Below, in pieces: positions 62,417 to 64,000 of a stretch of 64,000 nucleotides of DNA; the stretch's first letter is position 1, and each line of letters begins with the position of its first letter. A program made the position numbers and the translations under genes. The stretch covers positions 3,844,480 through 3,908,479 of the forward strand of contig OZ316898.1 in NCBI GenBank assembly GCA_973895155.1, read 5' to 3'. This DNA is from Marsupella aquatica. Lineage: Eukaryota > Plantae > Marchantiophyta. The notes below the pieces were generated by a model. It had not been told where the DNA came from, ran no database searches, and saw only the letters and a program-made list of their open reading frames with translations.

Positions 62417-64000
62417 TGTTAAATTATGAAATATATATACACCAACAAAAGATGATTGAATTTCTCTTAAGTCAATGTGACTTATTATATGTTGTACATT
62501 GGGGTAGTTGTAACTACCCTCTCCTAGTCTTGTGTCTCTTTATATCTAGGTATTGCATACCTCTTTGTATCATATGGACTAAGGGTTAAATATATTCTAA
62601 CACTCCCCCTTGGTTACTTTATGTTTCTTAAAGTAGCCATTTTGGAAATAAATTTAAGCCTAGTTCTGAATATAATGGAAAAACTCATTGGGGTATGACC
62701 TCATTAAAAACCCCCTGCTTTCTTCTGGGGTAAAAAGAGTGTCACTACCTTACATGTAATGAGTTAAAACTAGTAAGAAAGGAGTGTAATCATGTATGGC
62801 TAAATTTAAACGAGTGTTTGATAGGATGTGTCGAAGTGTTTGAGTATGGAGAACATACGTTCAGTAGAATATGCATAGAACAGAGGAAGTATTGTGGGGA
62901 AACATAGTGTTGTTGAGTCGCAATGGAATAAGAAGTTTATGGAAGAGGTGGGGAAGTCAGATTGCAGTGAAGTCCGATAATCTACGGAGTCCTATTCCAG
63001 TCGAATGCGCTTCGTGGAGAATGCGAGGTAAGGGCTTCGTAAAAAGGTCAGCGCGATTATCTTTAGAAGGTATCCATTGAACATTGATTTGGTCCCCGTG
63101 CTGTTCATGCGTGTGGAAAAATTTGGGGGCAATATGTTTGATTCGGTCGCCCTTGATGAAGCCCTTAACTATCTGGTCAACACAAGGCTTGTTATCCTCG
63201 TAGATGATAGTAGGCTTGGTAAGAATTGCATGGCCTGTAGACGACTGGATGTGATTGATAAGTTGTCGAAGCCACAGGCATTCTCGGCTGGCTTCGTATA
63301 GTGCTATGATTTCCGCATGGTTGGAGGATGTGGTCGTCAAAGTTTGCTTGGTACTTTTCCAGGATATGGCTGTATGTCCTTGTAGAAATACATATCCCGT
63401 CTGGGATTTCGCATCATCAGGGTCCGTAAGGTAACCTGCATCTGCGTAACCAATTAATTTGTTAGGCACATCTTTAGGGTAATAGAGGCCAGTATCAATT
63501 GTACCTTGAAGGTAGCGCAGTATCCTCTTAATGCCATTCCAATGTCTAATAGTCGGTTGGGAGCTGTGGCGAGCAAGCAAGTGGACAGCAAAAGAGATGT
63601 CTGGGCGGGTTTGATTCGCCAGGTACATCAAGGCTCCTATAGCAGAGAGGTAAGGTTTCTCTGGGCCCAAGATTGGTTCGTGTTCGGTCCTGCGCTTATA
63701 CATATCTCTGGATGTGTCTGAAGATCGAATTTCCATAGGTGTCGTGACTGGATAGCTTTTGTCCATGTTGAATTGTTTTAATAGTTTTCTGGTATATGTA
63801 GATTGATGAATAAGAATACCGTTGGATAAATGTTCGAATTGAATGCCAATACAAAATAGGGGTTGACCAATATCCTTCATTTCGAATATGCTCTTAAGTG
63901 TGGTAATGGTTTGATCCATAATGAGTTTAGTACCCATTAGGTTAATGTCGTCGACATATATGGCTATGATTATAAATTCAGTGCCATGTCTTTTGATAAA
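62417..64000 (-). mobile_element. Ty1/copia LTR retrotransposon, Bianca-type, 3' portion (runs off the window)
   Basis: RT-RNase H ORF, then a 350-bp 3' UTR, PPT AGGGGGAG (62603-62610) and a short LTR TGTTAGAAT...ATTTAACA (62602-62417; alternative end 62407). Confidence 0.88.
62957..64000 (-). CDS. pol: copia pol C-terminus (RT and RNase H), uninterrupted within the window
   Basis: IIAIYVDDINL, YLSAIGALMYLANQTRPDISFAV, GYADAGYL, SQTGYVF, SSNHAEIIALYEASREC, IYEDN, KHIAPKFF, NRADLFTK. The NHAEII and KHIxPKFF variants are typical of the Bianca lineage. Confidence 0.93.
   Translation of the reverse strand, partial: FIKRHGTEFIIIAIYVDDINLMGTKLIMDQTITTLKSIFEMKDIGQPLFCIGIQFEHLSNGILIHQSTYTRKLLKQFNMDKSYPVTTPMEIRSSDTSRDMYKRRTEHEPILGPEKPYLSAIGALMYLANQTRPDISFAVHLLARHSSQPTIRHWNGIKRILRYLQGTIDTGLYYPKDVPNKLIGYADAGYLTDPDDAKSQTGYVFLQGHTAISWKSTKQTLTTTSSNHAEIIALYEASRECLWLRQLINHIQSSTGHAILTKPTIIYEDNKPCVDQIVKGFIKGDRIKHIAPKFFHTHEQHGDQINVQWIPSKDNRADLFTKPLPRILHEAHSTGIGLRRLSDFTAI

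Overview
This is eukaryotic land-plant nuclear DNA: it has spliceosomal introns and plant TE lineages. The gene and TE style suggests a bryophyte such as a liverwort, but that is inference only. Four host genes can be assembled: a 3-exon WD40-repeat protein (+, 8657-13329, ~1201 aa), a 9-exon KUP/HAK/KT potassium transporter (-, 16674-23244, ~868 aa, one GC-AG intron), a 12-exon PDI-B-type protein disulfide isomerase-like gene (-, 51318-56422, ~628 aa, RDEL) and an intronless secreted proline-rich protein (-, 61360-61995). The centrepiece is a complete 13.7-kb non-chromovirus Ty3/gypsy (Athila/Phygy-like) LTR retrotransposon (-, 28070-41765) with a TGAAT TSD, tRNA-Asp-type PBS and PPT. It has an unusually complex layout: a 3.6-kb LTR that itself encodes a ~580-aa accessory protein, extra ORFs between PBS and gag, and a strongly strand-biased CCGGGT(C/T)GA motif clustered across the element. 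Together these suggest, as a hypothesis, an accessory-protein plus cis-motif (anti-silencing-like) system. Also present are a minisatellite-bearing non-autonomous Helitron-like family (3 copies), an L1 LINE remnant, possible tRNA-SINE heads, microsatellites, and the 3' end of a Bianca-type Ty1/copia element next to the proline-rich gene promoter.
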